Source: a virus
Taxonomy: Duplodnaviria; Caudoviricetes
DNA: 36,022 nt
Strand: one strand, 5' to 3'
Virus record (IMG/VR): IMGVR_UViG_3300033067_001054
Coordinates: 1-36,022 of that record
Shown: in pieces, positions 19,466-28,106 of the stretch
Layout of the letters: every line of letters begins with the position of its first letter
How positions within the stretch are numbered: position 1 is the stretch's first letter
Position numbers and translations under genes: made by a program
Notes under the pieces: generated by a model
Database searches by the model: none
What the model was told of the DNA's origin: nothing
What the model saw: only the letters and a program-made list of their open reading frames with translations

Positions 19466-19635
19466 AGATCGGCACGATCCTCGCCATCCTGCAGGCGCTT
19501 GCGGATCTCGTGCGGTACATCGCCGGGATTCGCAAGCAGCAGGCGGTCGACACCGTCGAGACCGAACGCGGCAAGGCGGCAGCGGCCGACGACGCCGAAC
19601 TCAAGCGAGAGGTCGACAAATGGACCGCGCCCTGA
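19462..19635 (+). CDS. Putative i-spanin (Rz-like)
   Basis: N-terminal hydrophobic stretch then a helical charged region; overlaps the lipoprotein gene. Confidence 0.6.
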   Translation: MKIGTILAILQALADLVRYIAGIRKQQAVDTVETERGKAAAADDAELKREVDKWTAP

Positions 19636-19838
19636 TCGTCGCGGCCCTCTGCCTCGCGCTCGCCGGCTGCGCGCGGATGCCATCGATCGACTGGACGCTG
19701 GGCCAGCATCTGCCCTGCAACGCCGGGCCGATTGTCCTCGACAAGGCGGACCAACTCAGCCGGCACACCGCCGAGCAGATCGTCGCGCTGAATGAGGCGG
19801 GCGCGCGGCTCTGCGACTGGAAGCCGCCAGCGAAATAG
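19620..19838 (+). CDS. Putative o-spanin lipoprotein (Rz1-like)
   Basis: Signal peptide with lipobox LAGC, additional Cys residues, C-terminal LCDWKPP. Confidence 0.75.
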   Translation: MDRALIVAALCLALAGCARMPSIDWTLGQHLPCNAGPIVLDKADQLSRHTAEQIVALNEAGARLCDWKPPAK

Positions 19839-19908
19839 TAACGGCCGGACGCTGCCCGGCCCTTTCCACCCGCGTCGATTGCAACTCACGGGCTTGGGGC
19901 TCTGTTTT

Positions 19909-20211
19909 ATGGATAAGAACGATCTCTCGTTCTGGGCAGCGATGCTCGGTGCCGCAATTCTCCGCGTCGCAACTTCGCCGGTCCATTCGTTCTGGCGCGC
20001 GCTGCTCATGCTGGGGACGTCCATCTTCATTGCATGGCTGCTCACCGACGCCGTCATCGACTGGCTTCACCTCAACGCCGCGGTCTACCGCACGCCGATG
20101 GCCGGCCTGATCGCGCTCACCGCCGACGGGCTCGTCCGCGCCGTCATGCGCGCCGCCAAAGACCCGCTCGGAACATTCCTCGCCGTCACCGGCCGCAAGA
20201 AAGAGGACTGA
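19909..20211 (+). CDS. Membrane protein (second holin/antiholin-like)
   Basis: 100 aa with about three hydrophobic segments. Confidence 0.6.
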   Translation: MDKNDLSFWAAMLGAAILRVATSPVHSFWRALLMLGTSIFIAWLLTDAVIDWLHLNAAVYRTPMAGLIALTADGLVRAVMRAAKDPLGTFLAVTGRKKED

Positions 20212-20216
20212 TCACC

Positions 20217-20396
20217 ATGCAGCGTCACAATCAGGTCTGGGGGATGCTCATCATTCTCGGGTGGGTGGCCGTCATCTGCGCCGCAGAGTGGGAGCGGCAA
20301 CACGGCTTCGATTGGCGCGAGGCATGGTCCGCCGCCAAGCTCGAGGCCATCCGTTGGCCTGGCGGGCATTCCTCGCCCTCGTGGCCGGGGCGATAA
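20217..20396 (+). CDS. Small membrane protein
   Basis: RBS gagga, one hydrophobic segment; 59 aa. Confidence 0.45.
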   Translation: MQRHNQVWGMLIILGWVAVICAAEWERQHGFDWREAWSAAKLEAIRWPGGHSSPSWPGR

Positions 20397-20479
20397 TCAT
20401 CGCGGGCGCGCTCGCCTTCATGCTGCCGCGTCCTCCGGTAGAGCAAACTTCCCTTTCCATGTCCGCCACGCTTCCGTGA
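20324..20479 (+). CDS. Small membrane protein
   Basis: MVRRQ...AFLALVAGAIIIAGALAFML; overlaps both neighbours. Confidence 0.35.
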   Translation: MVRRQARGHPLAWRAFLALVAGAIIIAGALAFMLPRPPVEQTSLSMSATLP

Positions 20480-20945
20480 CGGCGCCCGTGCCGGGGAACA
20501 TATCGTCCAGTTCGTCATCTGGTCGGGCGGCGACCATTTCAAAAGCCCAATGGCATACCGCCTCGGGTTTCGCGCCGGTCAGCCCGCGCCGAAGCGTGAT
20601 TGAGCACTCGATCCAGTCGCGCATGACAAGGCGCTTGCTGACGACCGGCTTGCGAGCGGGCTTTACAATCACCGACTCCCATGCATAGGCGACCGGGACG
20701 TTGCGCTTGAAGGCGGCAAAGCCTTTGGTCCAATACATCCACCGAGCGCCGGGGACCGCTGCCACCAGAGGCGCCAGCGTGGCCATGCTCAGCGGGGTCG
20801 CAGCTGCGTGCAGCACCCATCCGTCATAGTCGCGCTCCAGACGTTCAATGAGGGCTGCATGGTCTACTTCCCCGGCATAGTCGGGGTGATCCTTGTAAAG
20901 ATGCGCACATCCAATGTACGGCGGGTCTGCGTATCCGATCCTCAC
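20418..20945 (-). CDS. Compact amino-DNA methyltransferase-like protein
   Basis: YADPPY (motif IV) at the N-terminus, GAKP and DDMFPGTG (motif I) at the C-terminus. Confidence 0.75.
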   Translation of the reverse strand: MRIGYADPPYIGCAHLYKDHPDYAGEVDHAALIERLERDYDGWVLHAAATPLSMATLAPLVAAVPGARWMYWTKGFAAFKRNVPVAYAWESVIVKPARKPVVSKRLVMRDWIECSITLRRGLTGAKPEAVCHWAFEMVAARPDDELDDMFPGTGAVTEAWRTWKGKFALPEDAAA

Positions 20946-21032
20946 TCCCCCATCTCCTTCCCCGCCTTGCCGAGGGCGATCAGCGGCCAGTCACTCGTCA
21001 TAGCTATGCTCCGTAGTATGAATGCGGGACGG

Positions 21033-21260
21033 TTACGGATGCACCCACTTGATCGCCAGCCTACCCGCCCAATAGACAGGCCAGAGTGCCCCGCTGACGA
21101 CCGCCCCGACTGGGCGATCAGTAGTCTCGAAACAGTCGTGCTGCTTTCCATTGTCGACGTAGCAGCGATTGTTCGGCGGAGTGGTGTTATAGTACCATCC
21201 GAAGGTCGCGAACCCGGCAATGACGTACGCGGCGAACACGTGGCTAAACGGCAACTTCAT
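21033..21260 (-). CDS. Small membrane protein
   Basis: 75 aa, two hydrophobic segments, ATGA-coupled. Confidence 0.65.
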   Translation of the reverse strand: MKLPFSHVFAAYVIAGFATFGWYYNTTPPNNRCYVDNGKQHDCFETTDRPVGAVVSGALWPVYWAGRLAIKWVHP

Positions 21261-21724
21261 TCAAATTCTCCTGTCTGGTTATGTGCGAGCTTGCGACCCA
21301 TCGGGCGCTTAGGCCACTGGGTCTTGCGGTTGAGGATCGGTGCGCGGTCGGCCTTCGGCTTGCGAGGCTTCACGGCGCGCTCTGTGAAGAGCTTTGCCGG
21401 GTCTTCAGTGACGAACAGCAGCCCGATCTCACGGCGCCGCTCTAGGGTCTCCTGAAGCCCGCGCAGGGCATAGAACAGCCAATCGGCTTCCGAGATGAGT
21501 TCGCCACCAGGCATTGGCGCGCGGCGGTCCATGACATCGTGGCAGCGCAGGCAACCGTCAGCCACCGACAGGTCGCTGGCCTTGATGCCGCGACCCGCAT
21601 GGTGGTCCTTCAGATGGCACGGCACGACCGTCTCGCGCTCATCGCGGCAGACGCCGCTAATGCGAAAGGTGCACGGTGCGCCGCGCGATCCGGCAAGGTA
21701 TCTCTGAGAGCGGAGGGCGGTCAT
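21257..21724 (-). CDS. DUF1364/YbcO-like Zn-binding nuclease-domain protein
   Basis: RGAPCTFRISGVC, ETVVPCH, GIKASD and GCLRCHD. Confidence 0.85.
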   Translation of the reverse strand: MTALRSQRYLAGSRGAPCTFRISGVCRDERETVVPCHLKDHHAGRGIKASDLSVADGCLRCHDVMDRRAPMPGGELISEADWLFYALRGLQETLERRREIGLLFVTEDPAKLFTERAVKPRKPKADRAPILNRKTQWPKRPMGRKLAHNQTGEFE

Positions 21725-22230
21725 GCCGCGTTCCGCAGTTCGGTCGGGTCGGCGCCGATCAGATCCCCGACCCAGCGCAGCACGGCCTCCTTGCTCGCTT
21801 GAAACTTCGCCTTGTCCATCGATCGATGATCCTGGCTCATCGCGTGCCAAACGGTGACGATCGACCCCGTGACCTCGACAATCTGATAGGTGTCATAGGG
21901 GCGGATCACCGCGGCGAGCCGTTCGGCCTCTGCCGCCGATTTCGCGACGTGCTGGACCTTGGTCGCGTAGCCGGCGCGGATCAGCGCGACCTTGCGAAGG
22001 TGCTCAGGGCTTGGATAGACCGATGCGAGCCCGTCCGGCAGGCTTTCCCACGCTGCCTTGATGCATGCGAAGTAGTGGGCGTGCGTCTGCTGCGAGCGGA
22101 CGTGCAACTCGTCCAGCGTGTAGGTTTCGCCGACCACGAACCGCTTGTCGGCTTCGCGCGCCCAATAGCGGGTGGCGGGGCGCATGGCCTCGCCGTCCCA
22201 CTGATACCGGAGAGGGAAAGCATCGGCCAT
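21721..22230 (-). CDS. NinB/DUF1367-like recombination-associated protein
   Basis: RSQQTHAHYFA, EHLRKVALIRAGY and MDKAKFQ. Confidence 0.7.
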   Translation of the reverse strand: MADAFPLRYQWDGEAMRPATRYWAREADKRFVVGETYTLDELHVRSQQTHAHYFACIKAAWESLPDGLASVYPSPEHLRKVALIRAGYATKVQHVAKSAAEAERLAAVIRPYDTYQIVEVTGSIVTVWHAMSQDHRSMDKAKFQASKEAVLRWVGDLIGADPTELRNAA

Positions 22231-22409
22231 CAGCCGGCCCTCATCATCGGCGTAAAGTCCTTGAGGCATTCGCCGTAGGTGTCCTGCAGGCGCTCGCGCT
22301 GTGCGCCCTTGGCGTGGTCGCAGAGTGACCACCAGACGGCGACGAGCTCGTCCTTGCTCTCGGCCTTGCGCATCGCGGCGTGGGCTTCTGTCTCTTCGGA
22401 ATCGGTCAT
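22230..22409 (-). CDS. Hypothetical protein
   Basis: 59 aa [10 protein letters not shown]...MMRAG read by hand; fills the gap with overlaps at both ends. Confidence 0.65.
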   Translation of the reverse strand: MTDSEETEAHAAMRKAESKDELVAVWWSLCDHAKGAQRERLQDTYGECLKDFTPMMRAG

Positions 22410-23314
22410 GCTGCTTCGTCCCGTTCCATGCGGTCAAACTGGTCGGTCGGATCGACGGGGCCGCCCATGTCGCCGGGGAAGCTGTCATCATCTTGCGTCA
22501 ACGCCAATTCGCGCTGATCGCGTTCGGCCTTGAGCGCGCTCTGGAGGTTCGAGGGCAGCGCACGGGCGGCGTCGAGGACGTTGCCCTGCGACCAGAACTT
22601 GTCGAATGCAGCCTTATCGGCCAGCCTCTTGTTGGCGGCAGACAGCCGGTCAAACATCGCCTGATGATCGACGTTCGCGGGCGCAGGCTGGGTCTGAGAC
22701 TGCGGTGCCGGTTCGCTCGGCTCGTTCGATGTCTGCGCCATTTCGTCGGACGTGTAGAGCCCCGACAACTCCTGCGGGAATGCCTTGCGCAGCGCCAGCG
22801 CCTCAGCGCACTTGGCGACCATGACATCGCCCATCGTTCCCCACATGCGGGTGAGGCTGCCGTCCTTGGTGCGTCCGGCATAGCTGTTGAAGCGGGCTAC
22901 GCCGAAACACGGTTCCGAAAAGTCTGCACGGAGAACGCCGACCTTGGCGGCGACAGGCGGTTCGCTCGACAGCCAGGCATCCGTCCACTGGCCATCGGCG
23001 CCGCACCAGAACGGGCCGACCTGACCGGCATATTTGCCGCTCCGCTCAGCGATCAGACGGAAGCCGTCAATGCTTGTCTGCACCGCCATGACCTCGCGCT
23101 TCTGCACGCCGTCCCAGCGCTTGATCGCGTAAATCTGACGCGCAAACGGGTCGAGGCCGGTGCGCTTGCACTGGTGGAGGAAGAGCTGCAATTCATCGTC
23201 GGTCGCGCCCTTGGCAATGGTGCGCTTGATGAGGTCGATCTGCTCGACATTGAAAGTGGTGACAGGGGCAAGGGCCGTGGCCCGAGCGTCGTTGAGTGCA
23301 ACAGCGTTTGCCAT
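22406..23314 (-). CDS. bet: Phage recombination protein Bet (RecT family single-strand annealing protein)
   Basis: [41 protein letters not shown] and [22 protein letters not shown]. Confidence 0.95.
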   Translation of the reverse strand: MANAVALNDARATALAPVTTFNVEQIDLIKRTIAKGATDDELQLFLHQCKRTGLDPFARQIYAIKRWDGVQKREVMAVQTSIDGFRLIAERSGKYAGQVGPFWCGADGQWTDAWLSSEPPVAAKVGVLRADFSEPCFGVARFNSYAGRTKDGSLTRMWGTMGDVMVAKCAEALALRKAFPQELSGLYTSDEMAQTSNEPSEPAPQSQTQPAPANVDHQAMFDRLSAANKRLADKAAFDKFWSQGNVLDAARALPSNLQSALKAERDQRELALTQDDDSFPGDMGGPVDPTDQFDRMERDEAA

Positions 23315-24015
23315 CACAGAGCCTTCTTTTCTTCGTGGATAATGAAGCCGGGGATCTCACGCTTACCGGCGCGCACATCGTCGGCGGCGAGTTGCTGGAC
23401 CATCGCGGCGAACTCATCGCGCTTCGCGGCCCAATAGTGCTTGATTGCGGCGTTGAGGTCGGTCAGTTCGGCGCGGTACGTGGTGCGCAGCCCGAGCCCA
23501 GTGGTGGCGCGCTTCTCCTGCCGCTTGGCAAAGTCGGCGGCGTCCTTGGCCAGCGCCAGCTTCTCTTCGGCCTCTTCGCGGGCCTCAAGGTTGCCGGCAG
23601 ACGCGCGCATGGCCTCTTCGGCTTCGCGGCGCAGACGTTCCTCTTCCTCGCGGGCCTTGCGTGCGGCCTCTTCCTTGATGCGGGCCTGTTCAGCCTTGAA
23701 CGCGGCGCGCGGCCCATTCAGCGCCTCGCGCGCCAGCACCAGCTTGCCCTTCTTGGGCTGGATCAGCGGATTGTATCGATCCTGGATGGCCTGCACCTGC
23801 TCATCGAGCGGGGCCTTTTCCTCGACGCGCAAGGCATCGAGGCGCTTGACGACATCCGCAATGGCCTTGTCGAGCTTGTCGAGAGCATCGCACTGTTCCT
23901 GCGACTGGATCGGTTCGCCATCGGCCCAGTTCTTGGCCTCGGCATAGAGGTCTTCAGCTTCGAGGCTCAATTCCTCGAAAGGCGTGATGTTGCGAAGCGG
24001 CTGAACGGCGTTCAT
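23314..24015 (-). CDS. Coiled-coil protein upstream of bet
   Basis: 233 aa, long E/K/R/A coiled coil, C-terminal IPGF. Confidence 0.8.
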   Translation of the reverse strand: MNAVQPLRNITPFEELSLEAEDLYAEAKNWADGEPIQSQEQCDALDKLDKAIADVVKRLDALRVEEKAPLDEQVQAIQDRYNPLIQPKKGKLVLAREALNGPRAAFKAEQARIKEEAARKAREEEERLRREAEEAMRASAGNLEAREEAEEKLALAKDAADFAKRQEKRATTGLGLRTTYRAELTDLNAAIKHYWAAKRDEFAAMVQQLAADDVRAGKREIPGFIIHEEKKAL

Positions 24016-24033
24016 TTCTTCGGTCCTGTGTTG

Positions 24034-24074
24034 ACGTTGTTAGCCGCGATCAGTGCCGCAATCAGAGCGGCGAT
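24034..24074. repeat. 41-bp direct repeat, copy 1
   Basis: acgttgttagccgcgatcagtgccgcaatcagagcggcgat, identical to 24674-24714. Confidence 0.95.
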
Positions 24075-24086
24075 TGTCGTCGGGGG

Positions 24087-24449
24087 TCATGGCTCATCAC
24101 CTTCAGGCGGTGGAGCAAAATGCAGAAGTCCATTGTTGATTTGCTCTTTTTCGCCGTCCGTAAGGCCAACGCCGTTCCACGCCGCAGAACCCCGAACCAT
24201 GTCGAGCGCTGAACGAAGTTGCTCAACCAGCTCCCAACCTTCATTTGCAAAGGATAGGAGCGCTTGCTCGCGCCCTTGGTTCCAGCCCGACTTCTCGTAT
24301 TCGCGCATGTTCCACAGGTCAAAATCCTCTGCGGAAAGCGTGAAATTGCTCAGAACGCAATCTGTGTGCGGGTCGTGCTCGGCATATGCCCCGAAGCGGA
24401 CCATATCGGCGTTGCAGAACGGGCACTGTTTGAGAAAGTCGTCGCTCAT
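24087..24449 (-). CDS. Hypothetical protein with Lar-like CPFC Zn motif
   Basis: MSDDFLKQCPFC...H...C. Confidence 0.7.
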   Translation of the reverse strand: MSDDFLKQCPFCNADMVRFGAYAEHDPHTDCVLSNFTLSAEDFDLWNMREYEKSGWNQGREQALLSFANEGWELVEQLRSALDMVRGSAAWNGVGLTDGEKEQINNGLLHFAPPPEGDEP

Positions 24450-24655
24450 GGGACAACCGCGATGAGAAGGCTGGTCGGAAACTCGCCGCGCTTCCACATG
24501 TCCTTGCTGCCATCGATCATCTTGAGTACAACCGTCCCAAGGCTTTCGATGTTCGGTGACACGCCGTCGAGGTCGATTTCCGCGCCGCTGTTCAGGTTGA
24601 TCGTGAGGTCGAAAGAGACGGTGCGCTCTTTCACTTTCGCAACTCGTTTCGTCAC
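24446..24655 (-). CDS. Hypothetical protein
   Basis: 69 aa, start and stop overlap both neighbours. Confidence 0.65.
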   Translation of the reverse strand: MTKRVAKVKERTVSFDLTINLNSGAEIDLDGVSPNIESLGTVVLKMIDGSKDMWKRGEFPTSLLIAVVP

Positions 24656-24747
24656 TTCTTCGCTCCTGTCTGTACGTTGTTAGCCGCGATCAGTGCCGCA
24701 ATCAGAGCGGCGATCTGGATGGATTTGCGGGGCTCGTCTGGTTTCAC
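24652..24747 (-). CDS. 31-aa peptide MKPDEPRKSIQIAALIAALIAANNVQTGAKK
   Basis: GTGA-coupled at both ends; contains repeat copy 2. Confidence 0.5.
   Translation of the reverse strand: MKPDEPRKSIQIAALIAALIAANNVQTGAKK
24674..24714. repeat. 41-bp direct repeat, copy 2
   Basis: Identical to 24034-24074; offset 640 bp. Confidence 0.95.
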
Positions 24748-24863
24748 ATCGCCACCTTGATGATGAGCAGCGCGACGGCAACAAGGCCAAGGCCAAGCGA
24801 GCACCAGAAGTCGGCAGCGTGTTCGCCCGCAGGGGTGTTGAGGAAGAGGATGAAGCGGGTCAT
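24744..24863 (-). CDS. Small membrane peptide
   Basis: 39 aa MTRFILF...VALLIIKVAM, coupled at both ends. Confidence 0.55.
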   Translation of the reverse strand: MTRFILFLNTPAGEHAADFWCSLGLGLVAVALLIIKVAM

Positions 24864-25285
24864 ATCGCCAACCCGTGCAAAGTGCGGTCGAGTTTGAACA
24901 GCGCCAGATCGGCCTCCGCACCAAGCCGCCGCAGAACTTCCGCAGCACGTGCCGCCTGTGCAGACCGCAGCCACCAGCGAACGCCGGGGCGATTGCCCTG
25001 CAGCTGGTTCTCACGGGCGACGAGAAGGGCATTGATCCGCGACCGGCGAGCGGCACGGGCAGAACCATGTTCGCGCACCCACTGGCGGGCGCCATCCATG
25101 CCGGGCAGGGGCTCAAGCGCCAGCGCGTTCAATTCGGCCGTCAGCCACACAATGCGGCTATCGGCTGCGATCCGTGCAGACAGCGACCGCGAAACGGCGC
25201 CGGCAGACATGATCTGCGCAACGGCCTCTGCGATGACGCTCTCGGCAGGGCGGGCAATCGGGGATGCAAGGGCGGCGGTGGGCAT
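24860..25285 (-). CDS. First gene of the leftward early operon, hypothetical
   Basis: ATG 25285 preceded by gggaga; 141 aa. Confidence 0.65.
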   Translation of the reverse strand: MPTAALASPIARPAESVIAEAVAQIMSAGAVSRSLSARIAADSRIVWLTAELNALALEPLPGMDGARQWVREHGSARAARRSRINALLVARENQLQGNRPGVRWWLRSAQAARAAEVLRRLGAEADLALFKLDRTLHGLAI

Positions 25286-25313
25286 CAGAGGTCTCCCGGT
25301 TCGATGGGGAGAT

Positions 25314-25362
25314 GAAAGCATATCTTTCATATGCACGCAAGCGAAAAGAAAGACGCGCTTTC
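25314..25362. promoter_or_regulatory. OL-like repressor operators (two sites)
   Basis: GAAAG-CATAT-CTTTC (25314-25328) and GAAAG-ACGCG-CTTTC (25348-25362). Confidence 0.75.
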
Positions 25363-25405
25363 CGATTGTTGAAAGCGACGCCGTTATGCGGTTGGAATCA
25401 GCGGT

Positions 25406-26089
25406 TTAGGAAACGCGCCCGCCTAGGACGATGAAGTGAACCGAGACCACGCGAGAGTGCGGAAAGCGCAGCTCTTTGGGTGGATTGAACTGCTCTAGGA
25501 CCAGCTCGGCATCGGTGTGGCGCACGAAACGCTTGATATAGGCGTAGGGGATGCCGTCTTCTTCGCCGTTGGAAATCTGGGCAACCACAAAGTCGCCGCG
25601 ACGAGGGCGCTTGAGGGGGTCAACAAATACTGTTTCGCCGTCGAAGTAGCGCGGCTCCATGCTCTCGCCGGCACAAGTCACAGCATACGCACCACGCGCA
25701 ACACTCAAACCAGGCGGCGCTAGAATTTGATCTAGCTTATTGCCGTTCAAAGGAAATTCCCCATCTTCTCCACCGACCGCATGGCCGTAGAGGGGGATAT
25801 ACTCGCCGCCATGCGCTATTTTGTCACGGACAATTGCGTTGGGTATTTCTACGACATTCGACGCAACTGGGGTTTCCATCGCGCCGCGCCCGGTCGCCAG
25901 CCACTCGAACGCGACCCCGAAAGCTTCAGCGATCTGGCGCATATTTTCGGCTTTGACGCCGCCGCCCAGTTCCCAGTTTCCCACAGCCCCGCGCGTGACC
26001 GCGAGCTTCTTGGCAAAGGCAACCTGGCTCAGCCCCGCCCTCTCGCGGACCGAGCGGACACGGGCTGCAATCTCGTCGTCTGTCGCCAT
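25406..26089 (-). CDS. cI: CI-like repressor (XRE HTH plus S24 peptidase)
   Basis: GLSQVAFAKKLAVTRGAVGNWE, EWLATG, GESMEP and YIKR; start at 26089 or 26134. Confidence 0.95.
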   Translation of the reverse strand: MATDDEIAARVRSVRERAGLSQVAFAKKLAVTRGAVGNWELGGGVKAENMRQIAEAFGVAFEWLATGRGAMETPVASNVVEIPNAIVRDKIAHGGEYIPLYGHAVGGEDGEFPLNGNKLDQILAPPGLSVARGAYAVTCAGESMEPRYFDGETVFVDPLKRPRRGDFVVAQISNGEEDGIPYAYIKRFVRHTDAELVLEQFNPPKELRFPHSRVVSVHFIVLGGRVS

Positions 26090-26125
26090 TCCCGCAAGAT
26101 AGTCAGCGGGGCTGTCATTAGCGTC

Positions 26126-26163
26126 GAAAGACATGCTTGCATCGTTCGGAAAGATATGCTTTC
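26126..26163. promoter_or_regulatory. OR-like repressor operators (two sites)
   Basis: GAAAG-ACATG-CTTGC (26126-26140) and GAAAG-ATATG-CTTTC (26149-26163, exact reverse complement of 25314-25328). Confidence 0.8.
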
Positions 26164-26172
26164 AATAGGGGC

Positions 26173-26388
26173 ATGACCAAAGCAGAAGCAGCACTCGATC
26201 TCGTCAAGGCCAAGCTCGGCGGCAACGCTGGCGTGGCGTCGAAGCTTGGCGCGATCACGCCGCAGGCCGTTTCGCAGTGGAAGCTGGTGCCGGTGCGCCG
26301 CGTCCTCGAATTGGAGCGGCTGAGCGGTGTGAGCCGCCACGATCTTCGCCCCGACATTTTCGGCCCCGCGCCGAAGGCGGTCGCATGA
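26173..26388 (+). CDS. cro: Cro-like/YdaS-family repressor
   Basis: ITPQAVSQW..VP..RV..LE..SGVSRHDLRPDIFG; divergent from cI. Confidence 0.93.
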   Translation: MTKAEAALDLVKAKLGGNAGVASKLGAITPQAVSQWKLVPVRRVLELERLSGVSRHDLRPDIFGPAPKAVA

Positions 26389-27275
26389 GCCCGTACCCGT
26401 CCAACTCCGACAGCGTAGCGCAGGACCAGATCAAGGCGTTCGTCGAGCGCATCCTCCGCATGCGTGAAGAAGCCAAGGCGATCAATGACGACATCCGCGA
26501 AATCTACGCAGAGGCGAAACAGACCGGCTTCGACAAGACCGTCCTCGGCAAGCTGGTCCTTTACGTCGAGAAGCGCCAGACGGACGCTGCGGCGGTAGCC
26601 GAGAGCGAATCGCTGTTCGACCTTTACCTCGCGGCTTGGGAAGGCCGTGAAGAGCCCTCGCGTGTGCATGCGCGTGAGGGGCAGGAGTGGCAGCCTCCTG
26701 CAATGGCCTCGATCGGCGACCAGAAGGACGCATTCCGAGAAGGGCGACCGATAAGCCAAGACCGCCGGTTCGAGCATGCGAGTGTCTATTTCATCGCGTT
26801 CCCTGAAACCGGCCGCATCAAGGTTGGCGTTTCGAACGATGGTGAATGGTTCCGCGACGGTCCCGAGGTCCGCGCGGCAATCGCTACGCACGTGCATGAG
26901 AAATCCCATCCCGTAGCGAACGTCGGGGAGGGGGCGAGCGGCGCGGATGCTGCCGCCTCTGACGATCCGGCTAGTAGGGAAGCCGATGATGCTGATCGCC
27001 AGCAGCTCGCGGCTTCCGGCTTTACTGGCGGCGCGGCAGTCGCCTCGCAAAAGACGCTTCCGGACGCTGATGGGCCGGAGCGTGAGGCGACTGCCGCAAA
27101 TTTCCAGGCGGACCCGGATAAGTCGGCAGAGGTCGAGACTTCTGCCGCTCCGGTCGCGCCGGGCAAGCGCCGCTGGAACTTCACCGATAAGGCTCATCCC
27201 GACTGCCTCAATCCCGAGCAGTGCGGCGGGTTCTCCAATCACGGGCTCTGCGAGCGCTGCAAGGCCGCAGCCTAA
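26385..27275 (+). CDS. GapR/DUF2312-domain protein with extended C-terminus
   Basis: VAQDQIKAFVERILRMREE...DIREIYAEAK..GFDK; a GIY-YIG-like remnant, a low-complexity linker and a Cys-rich tip follow. Confidence 0.85.
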   Translation: MSPYPSNSDSVAQDQIKAFVERILRMREEAKAINDDIREIYAEAKQTGFDKTVLGKLVLYVEKRQTDAAAVAESESLFDLYLAAWEGREEPSRVHAREGQEWQPPAMASIGDQKDAFREGRPISQDRRFEHASVYFIAFPETGRIKVGVSNDGEWFRDGPEVRAAIATHVHEKSHPVANVGEGASGADAAASDDPASREADDADRQQLAASGFTGGAAVASQKTLPDADGPEREATAANFQADPDKSAEVETSAAPVAPGKRRWNFTDKAHPDCLNPEQCGGFSNHGLCERCKAAA

Positions 27276-27290
27276 CCACAAGGATAGAAC

Positions 27291-27575
27291 ATGACTCGTC
27301 ACCGTAAGGGACTGAAACCACTTTCGCAGACGGGCTTGCACCGCGCTCCGAAAAACCCTCGACAGCGCCAGTTTGCCGAAGGCGGCGCCAAGACGAAGGG
27401 CACTGTCCTTGAGGCGTTCAACCAGCGGCAAGACGATCGCCAGCTTCACCCAACGAAGGGCTTCCGCGAACTCAGCGTGAAGCGTGGCCGCGCGCAATTG
27501 CTCATCTCCGAAATCATGCAGGGCTTTGGCCGGCCGCTTCACCTGCAGCGTCGTTTCTTGGTGGAGGGCTACTAA
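27291..27575 (+). CDS. Basic hypothetical protein
   Basis: 94 aa, RBS aagga, LHPTKGFR. Confidence 0.7.
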   Translation: MTRHRKGLKPLSQTGLHRAPKNPRQRQFAEGGAKTKGTVLEAFNQRQDDRQLHPTKGFRELSVKRGRAQLLISEIMQGFGRPLHLQRRFLVEGY

Positions 27576-28106
27576 TGGGGCGCCATGCCCATAGGACTGA
27601 CCAGAACCGGAGCGGGGGCACGCTCTTGGGGGCCAATGGCTCTGATCAGTCCCATAGCCGTGGCTATGGCAGGTCGACCCGCGAGGGTCGGGCTGAGCTC
27701 TTGACGAACCCGAACACTCGGCCGGGTCGAGCTCCAACTCGATCCGGTCATTTCGGGGACGTCGAGCCCCGGCTTTACAGTTTCGGGGGCCCTCCCAGCC
27801 GGACGGCGGGCCGGCGTAGTCGCATCGTGACCTGGGCTCTGCCTCAAACCGGACCCCGAGCGCGTCCCCTCGACGCGGGATATTTCCGGCAAGGTCTCGT
27901 GCCCGCCATTTCCTTTCGACGCGGATGGGGTTGCAGCCCCGCCCGCCTCGCTGAGTACCGCGCTCGCCTCGCTGCCGGTTTGCGGCCCGAGCAAGTCGAC
28001 GCGCTGCTGTCTGATCCGGTCGATCACCACCTTTGCCGGGATACCGATCTGCCGGAATGCCATGTGAAACGCCCTTCTTGTGTGTCCGTCCGTAGCGTCA
28101 CGGAAG

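Noticed and set aside
24034-24714. CRISPR array or attL/attR
   Set aside because: Only two copies 640 bp apart with genes between them; no cas or integrase gene
27576-28106. tRNA gene, or the 197-aa and 192-aa ORFs as real proteins
   Set aside because: No convincing TTCRA T-loop or acceptor stem found; the ORFs are Arg/Gly/Pro-rich without motifs
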